Shown: positions 10,950 through 25,690, numbered from the stretch's first letter. The stretch is 64,000 nucleotides of DNA from Marsupella aquatica (GCA_973895155.1 OZ316895.1:19606803-19670802); one strand, 5' to 3'. The notes: generated by a model not told the origin, from the letters alone. Program-made: numbers and translations.

Positions 10950-13450
10950 GCGAAATTAGGCCAGGAGCTAGCAAATTTAAATAAGCAGCCTACCATCTTT
11001 CTGAAACTAAACTTCACTAAAGCGCACGATCGTGTGGAACACTCTTTTCTGTGGTCGATTCTGTCTGCGATGAATTTCGATGGAAAGGTGATCTCTCTCA
11101 TAAAGGGGCTGGTGGAAGGAGCGAAGTCCAAGGTGCATATAAACGGAAGGTTTACTGAGCCCATTTCTCTTGGCAGGGAAGTCAAACAAGGGTGTCCGCT
11201 GTCATCTCTGCTATTCACACTCACAACGCAGCCACTGATGGCTTTGATCAATGAAAAGATCAAAGATGGCCAGCTGCAGGGGTTGAACCTACATGACAAT
11301 GGACAGTTGTGTCACCAGCTGTTCGCAGACCACACTGGAATGTTCCTTACTGCAAATGAAGATAATTTCAAGCAGGTGCGTGACACAATCAAAATGTATG
11401 AAGACATCTCGGGAGCCTTGTTGCATGTCCAAAAGTCGAAGATCATTCCACTCTTCCTATCTAATGGAATCTACCCGAGCTGGATACACAACACTGGCTG
11501 CAGCATAGCCAGGAGAGGAGAGCTGGTCGAATATCTGGGGTGCCCGATTGGGTACAAGAGTCGGCCATCGCAGGAAGCAGACTTCATGCTGGAAAAGCTA
11601 AGAAAGAGATTATGCCACTAGTCGAATAGAAGCCTTACACTTGCCGGCAGGGCAATTCTATCGAAACATGTGCTTAGGGCAATTCCAACGTACCACCTAA
11701 TGTCTTTGGAGCTGTACAAAGGTGGTTACTAGGAAATGGAAAAGCTTTACCGTAGATTCTTGTGGGGTTCCTTTGCCAACAACGGGTTCAAAAAAGCGCT
11801 AATTGCATGGGAGGACATCACCAGGCCTAGAACTGAGTGGGGGCTGGGGATTTTGCCATTCAAAGCGTAGGCACAGAAACTGAAAATGCGACATGTTAGC
11901 AAGATTATCAATGGAACCAATATTGAGTGGGTGAAGATGGCGGAGGAAATCATTAAGAAAGGGTTGCGGACAGGAAATGGGAAGAAAGAGAGGAAACATT
12001 AGTCAATTACGGAGGCGCTGCTACTCATTGGAGGTCCTATCATCAAAAGGTCACACAATTTGAAAGGGCTCCTCAACGATTGGAACGAGAAAAGTAGACA
12101 CCTCAAATTCAACTTCGATTCTGGTAAATTCCCAGCCAACTTGTCCATGGAGCAAATTGTACGAGCGAAACAACGAGGTTAGCACCCAGGAAGGAATTGA
12201 TCTAAGGAGATTCCTATCTAACCGGGGAATCACCAAAATCATGGACCTTTGGTCCCCTGTGAACGGATGGCCTGATATATAATCTGTGTAACAGGGCCCA
12301 AACCAATAGGAACTGTGGGATTGAAGTCTTTGATAATTTCTACGCCATGATGAAGGGAGATATAACGGATGTTACGATGGTGGGATTCAGGACTGTGAGT
12401 CTTGGCAATGGAATTGGAAAGGGAAGAACCCAGGATGGAGATTTCCGAATCAGGTGTGGGCAAAGTGTGCTACAATAGCTAAGACTGACGTGACCAAGCT
12501 CAATAGAAGGTGGGGGCAGATGCAGGTAGACAAACAATGGCACAAACTGTGGAAGAACCTATGGGGAGGATGGACCTTTCCAAAGTGAGGTTTTTGATGT
12601 GGAGGCTACTCAATCACGGCTACTTCACCAACAGCAGGGGAAGTCAATGGAAGGTTAGCGGTGGCATTTGTGCTCGCTGCAAAACCTGTCTAGAGCACAC
12701 TGAGCACTTGTTCTACAACCGTAATACGGTGAAGGATAGATGGAGAGAAGTGAACAATGCACTGCAAGATGCGACCGCTCTGAAGTTTCCCAACCAGAGC
12801 CTGTTCACTACACTGTCATATGTGATTAAGACACACAAATGAAAACCAGGTCCACTGATCATTCTGATGGAAATGTGTCATAGTGTATGGAAAGAACGAA
12901 ACGCGGCTACTTGTTCCCAATTCCTAGGAAGATTCCCTTGTTGGGTGGTCCTCAGACAAGCCGCTGCTCATCTCAGCACGCTCTATGAGGGGTGCACCAC
13001 ACCTAGGAAAAGCAAGCAAAGTAGGAAAGCCCTAGACCAACTTACTGCAGACCGTGCTGAAACCTTGGGAGCAGACTGAGAAGCCGATCGCCTTGAATCT
13101 CTCTCTTGATGACAGCGGACGATGAGATGAAGACCTGGAGTGACGGGCGGGAATGGTTGGATGAACAGAGCAGATGGAGTACAGATAGGTCTCATAGGGC
13201 TAGATGTCGGCAGCACTCGGGCAACATGTGTCCTAACTGCATTCAACAGGACTCTCCTGTTGGTAACAAACTTTGTCATAATAGAGGAAGACTCATGGTG
13301 AGCGGAGTTCGGGGATTGCCTGGTGGCTGCATCAGATTTATTGGATTGATTAGGTGTTGTGGGTCTTTCTTGCCTGGGGTGATTTTTGCCCCCCTGGCTG
13401 CTGTGCAGGTTCCGGCCCTTTCCCGGTTTCTTTGAAAATATTTGATTATA
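10950..13450 (+). mobile_element. Decayed, 5'-truncated non-LTR retrotransposon (L1-type LINE ORF2: RT plus zf-RVT)
   Basis: RT motifs LKLNFTKAHDRV, VKQGCPLSSLLF, LFADH (degenerate FADD) and EYLGCPI. C-terminal CARCKTCLEHTEHLF zinc-knuckle and VWKERN motif. Multiple stops and frameshifts. Ends are approximate. Confidence 0.92.
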
Positions 13451-14009
13451 TATATTCAAACAATGGGCATTCATGCTTGTATCCACTCAAATAGGCTATA
13501 GTTTAAAGATACTTAATGTCTTTTGCTATTTTTCTTTTTGTTATTTTCAGGGCATTCATGGAGAAAAACACAGAGTCAAGACTTTTGTGTGGATTGAGAG
13601 AACATTTTGAATACCTTAGTTTCTCAATGAGAGCATATATACATAATTATATTAAGGTGGCGCAAAGGGTAGTGGTGGTTTACCTAATGGCAGAGGTGCA
13701 AAACCAACCCTCTGAATGCAGAGTCACCATTTTGTTCAGCTCTTTACTAAATTCTTTGCTATGTTCATTTACTAAAATTTGTAAAAATGGAAATCTCTTA
13801 GACTTCAAGGTCCTGTTATCAGAGCATTATATGTAGTAATAGCCTCTCAAAGCTCAAGCTGAGCTCTCAGGTTTGGGGGCACTACATGGCACACTATACA
13901 GTGTAAATAGGCTTGTACACAAGACTTTACTAAATCCACAATTCCTTTGACTGACCATAATGTATACAACTTGAGTGTCTAAGTATAGGGTAATGACGGC
14001 TTTCTCTGG

Positions 14010-14258
14010 GGTTACTGGTCTATAACCTTGTGACCAGAAAGTGAGGAAATGTTGACCGGCAACAGCCAGGAATTTTTTCTGAGCTTTGTGGGGACAGGTT
14101 TCAGACAGTCACCCCAACCCAAACAGTCATTATCATATGTAATACTTGTCCGGAAAAAGATTACCGGGCAAGACTTTCTGGGCACAGGGTTATGTAAATG
14201 GTGGCACCTAGTAGAAAAGGTTACACACCGGTAACCTTCCTTCTTGACAAGAATTATG
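14010..14258 (+). repeat. Dispersed repeat family A (probable non-autonomous DNA transposon end)
   Basis: Strong similarity to 1-188 plus 810-888. Ends ...GGTTACACACCGGTAACC...GACAAGAATTA. Confidence 0.75.
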
Positions 14259-14851
14259 TTTTGGAAATAAAAAGTAAAGTGTGTAAAGAAGCAAGAAGAA
14301 GTTCAAATGCCAAGATTTAAGACCACACAATTATTTGTTTGGCAAATATTGTGTATTCAATTGTGGTATTTTAATTATTTTTTTACACTAGAAAACTTTG
14401 AGTTCATATGCCTAGATTGATGGATCATTGCATAATGTGATGGCTTCCCAAAGCAAGGTATCTATTGTATGAAAATAAATGCTCTAAAATATAACAAAGC
14501 TCTATAACAAGAAAGATCCAGAGAGTTCACAGGGTGCTCTTACTCCTAGGAGAAAAACGAAGGGAGTGCATGGGAAGTTAGGTTTCCATACACCTTGGTT
14601 GCCACCCCTACCCCATTTGCCACAATGAAGGGTGCATAGAATGCAACTATAAGGGCTGGGTTTCATGGGCAGGCAGGGAACTCAGGTTCAAACAACCCCT
14701 GGGGCCCAAATATGCTGTATTCAAAGGCGTACACAATATCCAAAATACATTCTTTTTGGACCAGACACTTATTGACTTGGACTTGAGCGCTAATGAGATT
14801 GCCTTAAACTGCTTCTATATATTAAAGGGCAGGGGATACCCTAGGAATTTA

Positions 14852-15480
14852 AAGAAGGATGTGAGGGAAAATCATGCCCCGTACTAGAGTACTTGTAGTC
14901 CCTCAGTCTCTTTGGATTTAAAGATTGAAGGATGTGAGGGAAAATCATGCCCCCTACTTGAGTACTTGGAGTCCAACCTCTGTAAAAGCTGTCATCTTAT
15001 TAGGGCTTGTCAAAGTATTACCTAGGCAAAGACGTAAAGTCTTATTAGGGGTGTCAAAGTATTTACCTAGGCAAAGTATTAAAGTCTTAGGGCTGTGGAT
15101 GATAGGCCATATTAAATTTTTCCTGACTGGAAAAGCACTATCTTATTGCGGAGTGTCAAAGTAATTTCCTAAGCAAAATTTTAAAGTCTGAGGGCTGTGG
15201 ATTTTTTGGATGTATTTTAGTAGCCCATAGCAATTTTCCCTACTGATTTTTGGATGTGTTTTAGTAGACCATAGTAATTTTCCCTAGGCAGTCTTAAAAG
15301 TTCTAGGCCTGTGGATTGTGTATTTCAATTTTCCCTAGGCAGTCTTAAAAGTTCTAGGCCTGTGGATTGTGTATTTTTGGATGTATTTTTGGATGTATTT
15401 TAGTAGCTCATAGCAATTTTCCCTAATCAAAGTTCTAAAGTTTTAGGGCTGTGTATTTTTGGACATATTGGGGTAACACA
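14852..15480. repeat. Degenerate tandem/minisatellite array
   Basis: GAAGGATGTGAGGGAAAATCATGCCCC occurs twice, followed by repeated ~45-60 bp units containing GGGCTGTGGAT, TTTTAGTAG.CCATAG.AATTTTCCCTA and CCTAGGCA. Confidence 0.8.
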
Positions 15481-16945
15481 TCGCAATTTTTTCCAGTAAA
15501 AGCACTTTAGGAAGTGGGCTGAAATTGAGTTATAGCCGTGCTTTTGGTTTTTCAGTTTAAATATCAGTTCCACAACTTCACTTCGAAGTGAATCGAATTG
15601 AAGAAATTTAGTATACTAGGTGTTTACAGCAGGAGTCAATCATTTTTGGTGGTTACATTTGAAATTGATATAAGTTGACACGAAGCTGACGGACCAGTTA
15701 CAGGACCCACCATTGTACACAGCAATATCATCAAACGGTGAACAATCCCATTACAGCCAAATTTGGAATGGGCAGATTTCTGCCAGAATTTGTCGGATCA
15801 GTCACACCAACTCCAGCAGCAATCACTATACACAGCAATATCATCATACGATTATGGATCACCTCCGGCATTGATCAATATCATCACATCCTCACGGACG
15901 AGCTACATCAGCTACACAATTCTTGTTACACGTGACATCAACAGATCTCATCTATTTTCTTCAATATAGAATTTTTGCAATCATGTTGAAGAACGATAAC
16001 GCGATACAGAAAGAATCATCAATAAAATTGTACACTTCACATAGAAAACTCATCAAATGCAATACTAATAGCTTCGCCTGAAGAGTTTTGTAGATATTCT
16101 AATGCCTAATGCAAGGAATTCCATGTGATGCGAATATATAATTGTACATTGTACATGGCAAAATCATCAAATCCAACATCGACAATTTTTCCTGAAGAAA
16201 TTGAACCTTCGTATGTACTTCTAATACTAGGACAAGAATAAAGATTGCCTTAAAACGACATTGTATGCAAGATTGGCAATTTCGATTGCAGAAATCAAAA
16301 CTTGCGAATTAATAGAATGCCTAATGATGGGACAAGAATGAAGATCTTGCCTGAAGAAAATCAAATTTAAATTCCTCTGCTACCCAGCGATGAGAACCGT
16401 TTTCCCTAGAAGATTGTACATGCACATCAACACGAACGAGATTTTGGAACAGCGCTTTGGCGAAGTTTCAGGTACAGATTTTGGAACACGAATTTTGCCA
16501 AACTTTCAAGTGCATGGGGCATAAATTTACTCATTGAGATACACAGGTTTCACGCAGGAACGACATAAATTTCAAAGCTAATATTTGTACGGTGTGAACG
16601 AAGTCGACTGGGCTATAAACTTTTATAGCGAATGGACCGGGTCTATGCACATAGTCTGTCATCTGCTACATTTACATCCTTACGGCTAACAGTCACTTAA
16701 AAGCGGTTGGAGGAAGCGAACATTGACTCTGCTAATACACCCTTCGCCACCTAGAAGTAGAAGCTATTGACTTCCTTCTAATAACTACATTGAGTATTTA
16801 TCAGAACAAAGTGATAGTAATAAAACTTTCTCCAAAACTTGGTATTGGCGTATTGTTGTATCCACCAGCCATTCAGCGTCAGTAATCTCTATGTTATTTG
16901 ATATTTATCGCCATTTGATTTCTTTTGTGACGGAAACATCTGGTT

Positions 16946-19181
16946 CTACCTTTCCGATAACCGCGCAGCCGGCACCACATTCTCCTTATAGGGATTCCTG
17001 CGATGCCCCTGGCCACTCTCAATCTCTGTGTAGTGATCATCTTTCGGGACTGGAGCATATATTCTCGCCTCCTCCCGCTTTCCTACCACAGTCTCATGAG
17101 CACCGCCCCTCAATTTCTCTAGCTGCCCACCTGTATGCTCGGTCTTCTGCATCTTTATCACTCTGATTGCGTTAACGACGGCAGCAACTAAGAAGAGCGC
17201 AAATCCTGTTATCGCCAGGGTTGCAGCAAGCATCTGCACATCCACTTCCCCGCTTCTAATCAGTTCAATCTTCGGAGGAGCTTAAACTAAAATGCCATTA
17301 ATTTTTTCCCAAACTTCATCATTCCACAATAGGAGGCGAACTCACTTACATGAACCGAACGAGTTTATAGTAAATAATGGTTAAACTCTTTCCGACACAA
17401 CGTTCGTACGCTAACCGATCGAAGAGAGTGAGGCAGATTGGAGGAACAGGTGTACTACAACAGTGGAGAGGATAGTTCTGCCAATTCAAGGAGTTTCATT
17501 TAGAACTCCTACGAAATGTACCTTTGCTGTGTGTAGGGCAGGCGATGGCCACGAAAGAACATTCACAATGCCGCTCAGAAGTAGTAGTAGACTTCCAACG
17601 ACAAATGGGAGAGTAACTCCTCTTTGATAAGCTTGCACCTCCAGCTCCGTATTTGCGTACAGTTGGAAGGAGTTGTGGATTGAACCGAGCAGCCATAATG
17701 CCGGCGCCGCGATCAGAAACCAATACGCAAGGCTTGAAGTGGATTCACCTCGTGCGACCTGTTCATGTGATGCCGTAGAAGCACACGGATCAACATATTA
17801 GTACACGTGAAGCTGTGGAAGTTCACTAATCAAAGAGCATGATCAAACAGTAAGCACATACTGCGGCATAAAATCACACAAACATGATGCATGGAGGGTG
17901 CTCACATACAGGGAGCCTTGGTGTTACAGATGTGCCACCTATTATAACAGACTCAACATCAATCTTTAGTTGAACTTTCATACTCGGGCATGTATAATTC
18001 AACCCTTCGAAGTCCTTGGTTATCTCGTATAATTAAGGCTGGAAAACCGGGACAGTAAGATTAACTCCTTATGTTCTTAGTGTGCACTTGCATGTGTACG
18101 GACTCGCTAGTCCATCTATGGAGATGTGGAAGCTGAACCAGACATTCTTAGTATGTACTTTGCATACATAAGGATTCGCAAAACCATCTCTGGAGATATG
18201 GCAGCTTCACCGGATAGCTTACGCTCTATGTACTTTGCATAGATATGGATTCGCAAAACTATCTGTAGCGATATGGAAGCTTCACCAAGTGGCTTTAATG
18301 AACAATTACTCGACTTAGTGACCCCTCAACTTCCGTCACAGCTAACAGGAGTATGAGAGATTCACTTCAGGAATTAGGCAGAAATTCGTTTCAGGAATCA
18401 AGTGAAAGATGTACATCGAAAACAATTTGGGGCAGCGGTTTCACACGAAATCCTAAGAAAGAATAGTCTCAATCGCTTTTCAATACAGGAACAGAAGCAT
18501 CTTTTGCGTATTATCATCAAGCATCTCCCAAGGTTGCGTCGCGGAAGCATCTTTTGCGTTTTATCATCAAAGCCTCCTCCCCAAAAGGTTGAGTCGCGAT
18601 ACCTTACCCTCTTCCTTTCACGACGCACAAATTTGGGCATCACACAACTCCACAGAGCTTGAACCATGTAAATGCGATCCGGTGTAAGAAATTGATCATC
18701 TTCGATTACTCACGGTGTAAACATTACAATACCATTGGTAATCGACACCCAACTCATACTGGTAATCGAAACCCAAATTCAAAATGAACGGAGTAGAAGA
18801 AATTTGGTAAAGAAGATAACGAACCCGGAGTAGCAGGAAAGCCCCAACGAAGTAAACAATGGCCCCGATAGCTTGCACAAGGGGCACAGCGATTTCTATT
18901 AGAGCCAGTTGCCAATCCAATGTGATGAGAGACAAGTTGAAGTCGACAGCGGCCAGATTCGCATAAAGATCGTGCAGATTGACGAACAAAATGAAGACGA
19001 GGGCTATAAGGATCAGCCATAGCCCCCCAGCGACACTGTAACCGGGAAGAAGCAACACACTACCCGCCGTCAGGAGCAGTGCCGCTACCAGGTATCCAAA
19101 GGCGTTTACATCTTCCCAGATATCCTTCGAAGACTCCGGCCCGTAGGCTCGCATTTCGCGCACAGACGCTAGTTTCACCAT
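16946..19181 (-). CDS. Conserved plant multi-pass transmembrane protein of unknown function, 3 exons (~293 aa)
   Basis: Exons 19181-18825, 17758-17522 and 17233-16946, all phase 0. The N-terminus MVKLASVREMRAYGP, internal NLHDLYANLAAVDF and LWLLGSIHNSFQLY, and C-terminal LEKLRGGAHE match a known uncharacterised land-plant membrane family. Several hydrophobic helices. Confidence 0.85.
18070..18290. repeat. Intronic tandem repeat, 3 x ~72 bp
   Basis: Three diverged units of TGTACTTTGCAT...GGATTCGCAAAAC.ATCT.TGGAGATATGG.AGCTTCACC in intron 1 of the membrane-protein gene. Confidence 0.8.
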
Positions 19182-21750
19182 TGTTCCGGACTTGGCTGCC
19201 TTCCCTCTCGTCCCCTCCCTGGCAAACCAGTCTAACGCTCTAGTCGATGTTGGCGTCTGCGAAGTGCACTATTGCTCGTAGACGATTATTAATATCAACC
19301 AAGCTGCCTAAGGGCCGGAAGTCCAGTGCACCACAAGGTGCCGGTGTCAAAATTTGGTTGCCAGTTATCACATTCACAAGCTCACGAAGCTGAATAGATC
19401 CGCGCATCGCCACGCGCCGAGGAAGCTCCGTGACGAGTGGCAGCATGGACTGAAGGTTTCTCATCTCGCTGGCAACCAATTGATATGGCGCTTTTGCTTC
19501 AGGAATTCCTATCTCCGCCAGCAACAGCCGCTCTCTGGGACATGTGGCGCTCTGCATGCTCTCACCTGCCCGCAGAACGAATCGAGAAGCGCAGATTAGA
19601 ACAGAACAAAACAGCTACCGGAGCCAGGGCTGGCAGGTAGGCGGATCGATCAATAGCGAGAGCCACGAGCAAACTTTTAAGTACGAGAGAATGATGTTAC
19701 AGTTCCCGAATTTCAAGACCGCTCGGAAACTCATTACAATTCCCTGCGCTAGTAAGGGCTTCTGACTGTTGCTTTTTCCATCAATTCGTCCAAAGATGGC
19801 GGAAACTTATTACAAATCTCTGCGCTACTAATAAGGGGTTCTGGCCGTTTCTTTTCCCCTCACTTCGTCCAAAGCGTGAGATCAGAGTTTCGTCTCTCAA
19901 CTATGACTTCCGGTCCGAACCGAGTGCCTGCCCAGTACAGAAAAGATGGTGCATGCCTGCATGCAGCCTTTCCTTTTTCCTCCACCCTATGGTACACCGT
20001 CTAGCTCGACCAGATGAGTCAGTACACGTCCGTTATAAGAGCTCCCGATAAAAGAACAATTTTGTTTTCAGGGCCCACTAGAAAAGAAAATGATGCTCCC
20101 ATGGACCACGGTGGACCATCACACCTTTTTCACCACTCTTTGAGACGCTTCTCTGCTTCACTAGCAAAGGTTTGATCTTCAATATCCGACCACCATCACA
20201 CCTTTTACATCACTCATTGACTTCTATGCAAACTAAGTCTGATCTTCAACATGCCCCTAATATCCAGCTGAATAGGCTTTTCTTGGGCATAATTGAAGTG
20301 GCTTGGAAATATCTTTGCACCCAGTTTGACATCTAGGTTTCAGAAACTGAAGCCCAAATGGACCTCCACATTGTAGATGAAGTCACAAAGCTTGGATGTA
20401 TTTGCTCAGAACATTTAAATTGATCAACTCAGATAACATTATTTACACTTTTGACTTAAAATGTGACCTGTAACAGAAACTTCCAATGAACCAAATCTTG
20501 TTAAATTTGGAAATTGAGAGACCTACAAATTCCCAAAGATTATTGTCTTGTTTTCTTTGACGTATTTCACCAGTGTGTGTAATATGTACAATATGAGCAG
20601 AAATAGCAGCCCATTCAACTTAAATTTAAGAATAAACATAACATATTCTCAGAAAGGATGGGCCTCGACGGATTGAGAAATAAATAGACCTACAGAGGAG
20701 TTTAGGAAAAGAAACATTGATAGGGGTGCAAAATCAATTTCAATAATATAAACTATGCACCTTCTCTGCATATTGAAACAAAAATATGTATCAAGAATCT
20801 AAATAAGAGAAAGTAATCTGAGTAGGCTCCAGAACATAACGTAACACCAAGGGGCAATAATCCATCGAGAAATTGTGCCAAATGTTGTGATCGAATGAGA
20901 ATTTTTCTTTTCCTTGTGCATCAAGACCAGATTCTTGAAACAAAGTTGAATTACTGTTGTTATAATGTGTGCAGAAAATTATATAGGCTAGTACCAGCTT
21001 AAATGGTAAGATTTTAATCTTTTGCACGAACGATACATTTGTTTCGCACTCATGCCCCTTTGCAGTACATTATTGCCGGCATAAGTTCTGCAAGTGACAA
21101 CAACCCTTGCACAGGCAATTTTGCAAGTCGGTGGCTCAGTGGGGTTTGTGCCATGCACCTGGACAGCTCAGGAAAGCGTACTTGACTTCAAGCTACGACA
21201 TAGTTGTACCTACCAACATAAATTAGATAACAAGCCTGCTTGTGCTGTTGCATAGAACAGGTTCCTTACTGGTTCCACCCCCAACCCATACTGCCTCAAA
21301 ACATTAGGCCAGGCAAAGAGTTACACCCCTCCACAGCAAACGAACACTTAGAATTTAATAGTGTAGATCTGGTCAAAGTACCTGGCAAGAAACTATAGTT
21401 CTGAATCTGTAGTACTTTGAGAACTTCCAGAGCCAGCAATCCTTCACCGAGAGATCTCGAGTCCCATCTTGAGTAGAACTATTAATTTACATTTCAATGG
21501 ATTGGAGGCTAGGAGAGTTGATTGTTCAATGAATGTCACATGGTAATGTGAACACAAGGTTACAATTATCAATAAACCTAACATGGTTATTTTACAATGT
21601 GTAACAACTCACTGGAGCTTTGACCAAGGACATCTAAGGTAAGCCTTACACCGGAAGCTCTTGACATAGGTACCAAATTCTTGACAAAATTCTTTATCAG
21701 TTTTCAAGCTATGTACAGAAAAATGCCTTTGCAAACATTGTTTGCCTTTA

Positions 21751-24700
21751 CTAACTAGTGTAGCGAATATACACTTTGGGTCTTGAGAACCTCTTAATGG
21801 AGTCCTCCACTTCTTTCAACTGCGAGTCAATCTCCCCTTTAGCACGAACCAGACTAGGAATCTCAATTATCAAAGGTAAACCCCTCAATTTTGCAACCAG
21901 TTTCTCTTTGTCTAGTATGCATATGTTAAGGTTTGCAGCTTGGCCAACAAACTAGGTTTTTAAACTTAATTACTCACTGTACATCCAACCAAAAATATTG
22001 AAATCTCAAAATAGGTCTTCATTTTCTTTTGTCATACCAATCATTTCTAGTGCCAAAAGCTACATACTTAATTTTAGTCTGCACAACTGGAATGAAACCC
22101 TTCCAATTTGAGGGAGCACGACAGTATGAAAGTAGGGATAAGGAGGATACTCTCTTCCAATGTCTTGAGAACCTCCAACCTTTCTTCGTCTCTCATCAAG
22201 ATTAACCCTGGTGGCAGATGCTTGTCCCTCTCGTCTTGCTCCCTATTGGCATCTACAAGGTTTAGTCTTGCAACTATCTCAAAATGCTTTTGATTGAAGT
22301 CAAAGTTTTACAAGCTGACATAATAAACTCTTGTAACCTACAGAGCCAACCAAAGTGAAGAGTTATAAAATGGAATGAAAATGTAGTACAAAGAAGTCAC
22401 ACATGTATCAACACCTCATACGGGCTCAAACAAATATGTTAGTCAAAGAATTTGTAAGCCACATCATTATTAGACGGAATGTTGTCTATGTGTACGTTAA
22501 ATTGAACCATAGTACATTGTATCAAGTGATTATGAGCTGATCAGTTTAAGCAGATTGGTTGTTCATTTTAACAGACAGTACTTTTCTTTGTGTAGCTGTA
22601 GCATCATTTCCTCGTATTGTATCTTCAAAAAACAATTGGGTGCAAAAGACTGGATCGCTACTTACATTTGTTCTTTACAATGTAAAAGTTCAAGCTTTCT
22701 TCGCAACAAACTGTGAGACTTGCAAACATGGGAGTACACATTGCATATTAGAGCTTTATCCTAAGACTAGGCAGTGGTCTGTTTTGATCCAAAGTTTCCA
22801 ATTTCATATCCAATTTTTAGTGGTGATCATTTTGTGTATGGCGCAAATTGTTGAATCAGTCTAAGCTAGTTGCTATGATTGTTGGTGTTGTAGTAAGTCT
22901 ACACATTTTGAAATCTAATATGAAAGGGAACCTTAGTTTTTGGTAGTTCGATGCCTCAAAACCAATTAAGACATCACATTAATTCAAGCTATCTACTGCA
23001 GAAAATTAGATTTGGAATGAGAGTCAGTTACTTTATCCTTTTCATTATTTCATTTCTGTTGAAGTTTGAAACAAAACTGTTAAGGAGACCAATATATGTA
23101 TGCAGAGCAAGAGCTTGAATTATTACTAGGGTGGGATTTTGCCATAATTCTCGTTTGCAGGAACTTCTGGAACTGTAAAATCCCTTTTCTTGCGGCCGAT
23201 TTCTGCAACTGAAGCTAGAGAAGACTTGTTTCTTGCCAAATAGTTCACTTTTTCACTACTTTTCCTCATTTTGGGTTGAGAGTTCTGAAAAACATGGCAA
23301 AATATATCATGTCCAAGATCATGACATGTCCAATATCACTTCCATGTGACATTTCAACAGACACCTAGATGGAGATGTTTCATGTTCTAGACATTTGGTA
23401 GCTATCCATATGGAATCCCCTCCCTCCCTCCCCCTCTGTCAATTGCCTCAGTGTCTCTTGATATGTTAATAACTTGAGTTAAGTGGTGACAACCTGGCTT
23501 TAGGTGAAAATACCTCAGTTGTTATTGATGAATTATCCGGTGTATGAGAACCATTTTGGTCAAGGCAATCTTGGCTTCTCAACTGCCAACAGAAACATTG
23601 AATACACTGTTTTAAGACGATGGTAATAAGCTTGGGTCAACAAATGGTGCACCTATTTGGAAACACTTACATTTGGATCATAATGGAAAGGTTCACCCTT
23701 CCAATACAATCACCTCTCCAAGTCACACCCCTCAAATGGAACCAGATGCTAACAAACTATAATGTAATGTCGTGCCTTTAAAATCTGGTGTAGACTGCTT
23801 CCACTACTTGGTGGTGGATGTGCTTTGCCCACTTTTGGCAAACCTTCAATACTGTTATCTACAACAGGAAGTGTCTGCAAAGAAACATGAGCAATCGAAA
23901 TGACAACTGAACTGAAACACAATCTATTGATTGGAGGGAGTTATCTAGTCTAAATCTAAAAAGCAACTGTTATATATCTAAAATATTGCACATTAATACC
24001 TGTACAAAATTTCGTTGTGGAAACCAGCACTCATAATATGATGCAAAAAATACTCATTGTAAGAGATAATGTACTAGACAAGTGTCAACTTTGTTTTGGC
24101 TGGAGACATTCAGCACTAACCTCCTTGTTGGCATGGACCTTGGCACTCTTGATGGCAATGGCAGCAACATTTGCCTTATGATGATTTCGTGGAGCTATAC
24201 CCTTCCTAACCATCTCATCTCTAACAATCCACAACATGACAGATTCTTGATGAGCTAATAACGCAGAGATCACTTTAGTATGGGTTGGAGGTCTTGATGA
24301 TTTCCAAATGCTATCAAAAGCGAAGCTAGGTCAGAAAGGAAGTTTGAATGTGACGATTTATATAGAGGTTCTTCTAAATAAAGTAGCACTAGATTTGCTA
24401 CTGAACTGTAATATTGCAGGATGTGATGATGACATTCAATTTACACAATATTTGAGAAACCCCAAAAACATTCAGCTTCCCAGACAGCATCAAATCAGAA
24501 CTTAGATAAATATTCTTGCCACAGTATGTAACAAAGAATTTTGCTGTTTTGTAGAAATCACAATTGGACTAAATTATTATTTGTATTTAGCAGCTAAGTA
24601 AGCAAAATACTACATAAGTCCTCAACACAATTTATGGAAACCTGCATAGTCTCATATCTGACCTATCAACAAGATTTTTGGCAAGTCTGTCAAGCAAAGC

Positions 24701-25690
24701 AAATCACTAGTACATAAGTCCTCAGCATAACTTTATGACACAGATGGGCGCATTTCTGACCTATCAACTGGATCCTTGGGAAGGTAAACAAGTTAGATTC
24801 ATTGCCTTGATTTAAATGACTTAAGTTTACTCCTGCCATTGCCCAAACAGTTTGCCTTGACTCAGTGATGCTAATCATGAGAACACCCGTCCTTTGCTGT
24901 CTACTTACTAATTGATTTCTGAATTCTGGATCTACTAGACCTTGTGGATAGTGGTGCAATAAAAGTGATCAAAAGTGAAGAATGATGTACCTGATGCCTC
25001 TAGCTGGATTAAATAAGTTGTATATTTGATAACTGTCAAAGTGACTTGGATTTGCAATCTTTTTATTGGTAAATTGTGGCAGGGCTATGCAGTTTCTCTC
25101 CTGTCAGAACCCAACCATAAGAGTTTCATGCTAGATTAGCTCATTGTGTCTGATCATCATATAAATTATAGCGAATTGGCCTACAAACTAGTTTCAAAAT
25201 CAAATCAATTCTAAGTTTGAAAAAGCAAGTACATCTGGATAACTCACATGATTCAAGATCAGGAAGGTGTAACTATACACAAACATTCTGCATATCGTAA
25301 AGCAACTCTGAACAGTTGTAAGCATGATTGGATTTAATCACAGTAGCTCGACATAATTTCACCATGATCAATCAAGTCTACATTTCACCCTAATTAATGT
25401 TAAATTCCTTGATTTAATTTGTTAAATTTCTAAATCTGTCTTGACCTTTTAACAAATAAAAATCTATGGTAGCAATTGCAAGAGGTCAAACCATATGTCA
25501 GGTGTGTACCTGTTTTGCATCTTCAAATTCTTGGGAAGAACGGCAAGTAAGGTTGTCATTGTCATCATCCGGTAATGGTGTGTTTCCAACATCTCTTGGA
25601 GACGGCACATCTGGAGATGGTATGTCACCTTGGCAATCAGCACCTTCACCTCTGATCGACATTGATCCACTAAATACATCTGCATGCACT
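21751..25690 (-). CDS. ENKD1: Enkurin-domain protein (ENKD1-like, ciliary/flagellar); 5' end unresolved, may extend to ~26500
   Basis: 3' exons 23284-23127, 22710-22666, 22242-22151 and 21911-21751 splice in frame to NYGKIPPYLLRRKLEL...LPPGLILMRDEERLEVLKTLEENKEKLVAKLRGLPLIIEIPSLVRAKGEIDSQLKEVEDSIKRFSRPKVYI, an enkurin-domain C-terminus. Probable upstream exons lie near 23514-23582, 23790-23875, 24121-24310, 24990-25100 and 25510-25680. The ORF track misses the enkurin-domain exons because they are short. Confidence 0.78.

Noticed and set aside
12983-13486. 167-aa minus-strand ORF
   Set aside because: It is the antisense shadow of the LINE 3' region.
14852-15480. Repeat array superficially like CRISPR
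   Set aside because: The units are degenerate and contiguous, with no unique spacers and no cas genes, in a eukaryotic context. It is a minisatellite.
23075-23090. Second U12-like branch motif (TCCTTAAC, minus strand) in the ENKD1-like gene
   Set aside because: There is no matching RTATCCT donor, and the in-frame acceptor is ~370 nt further on.
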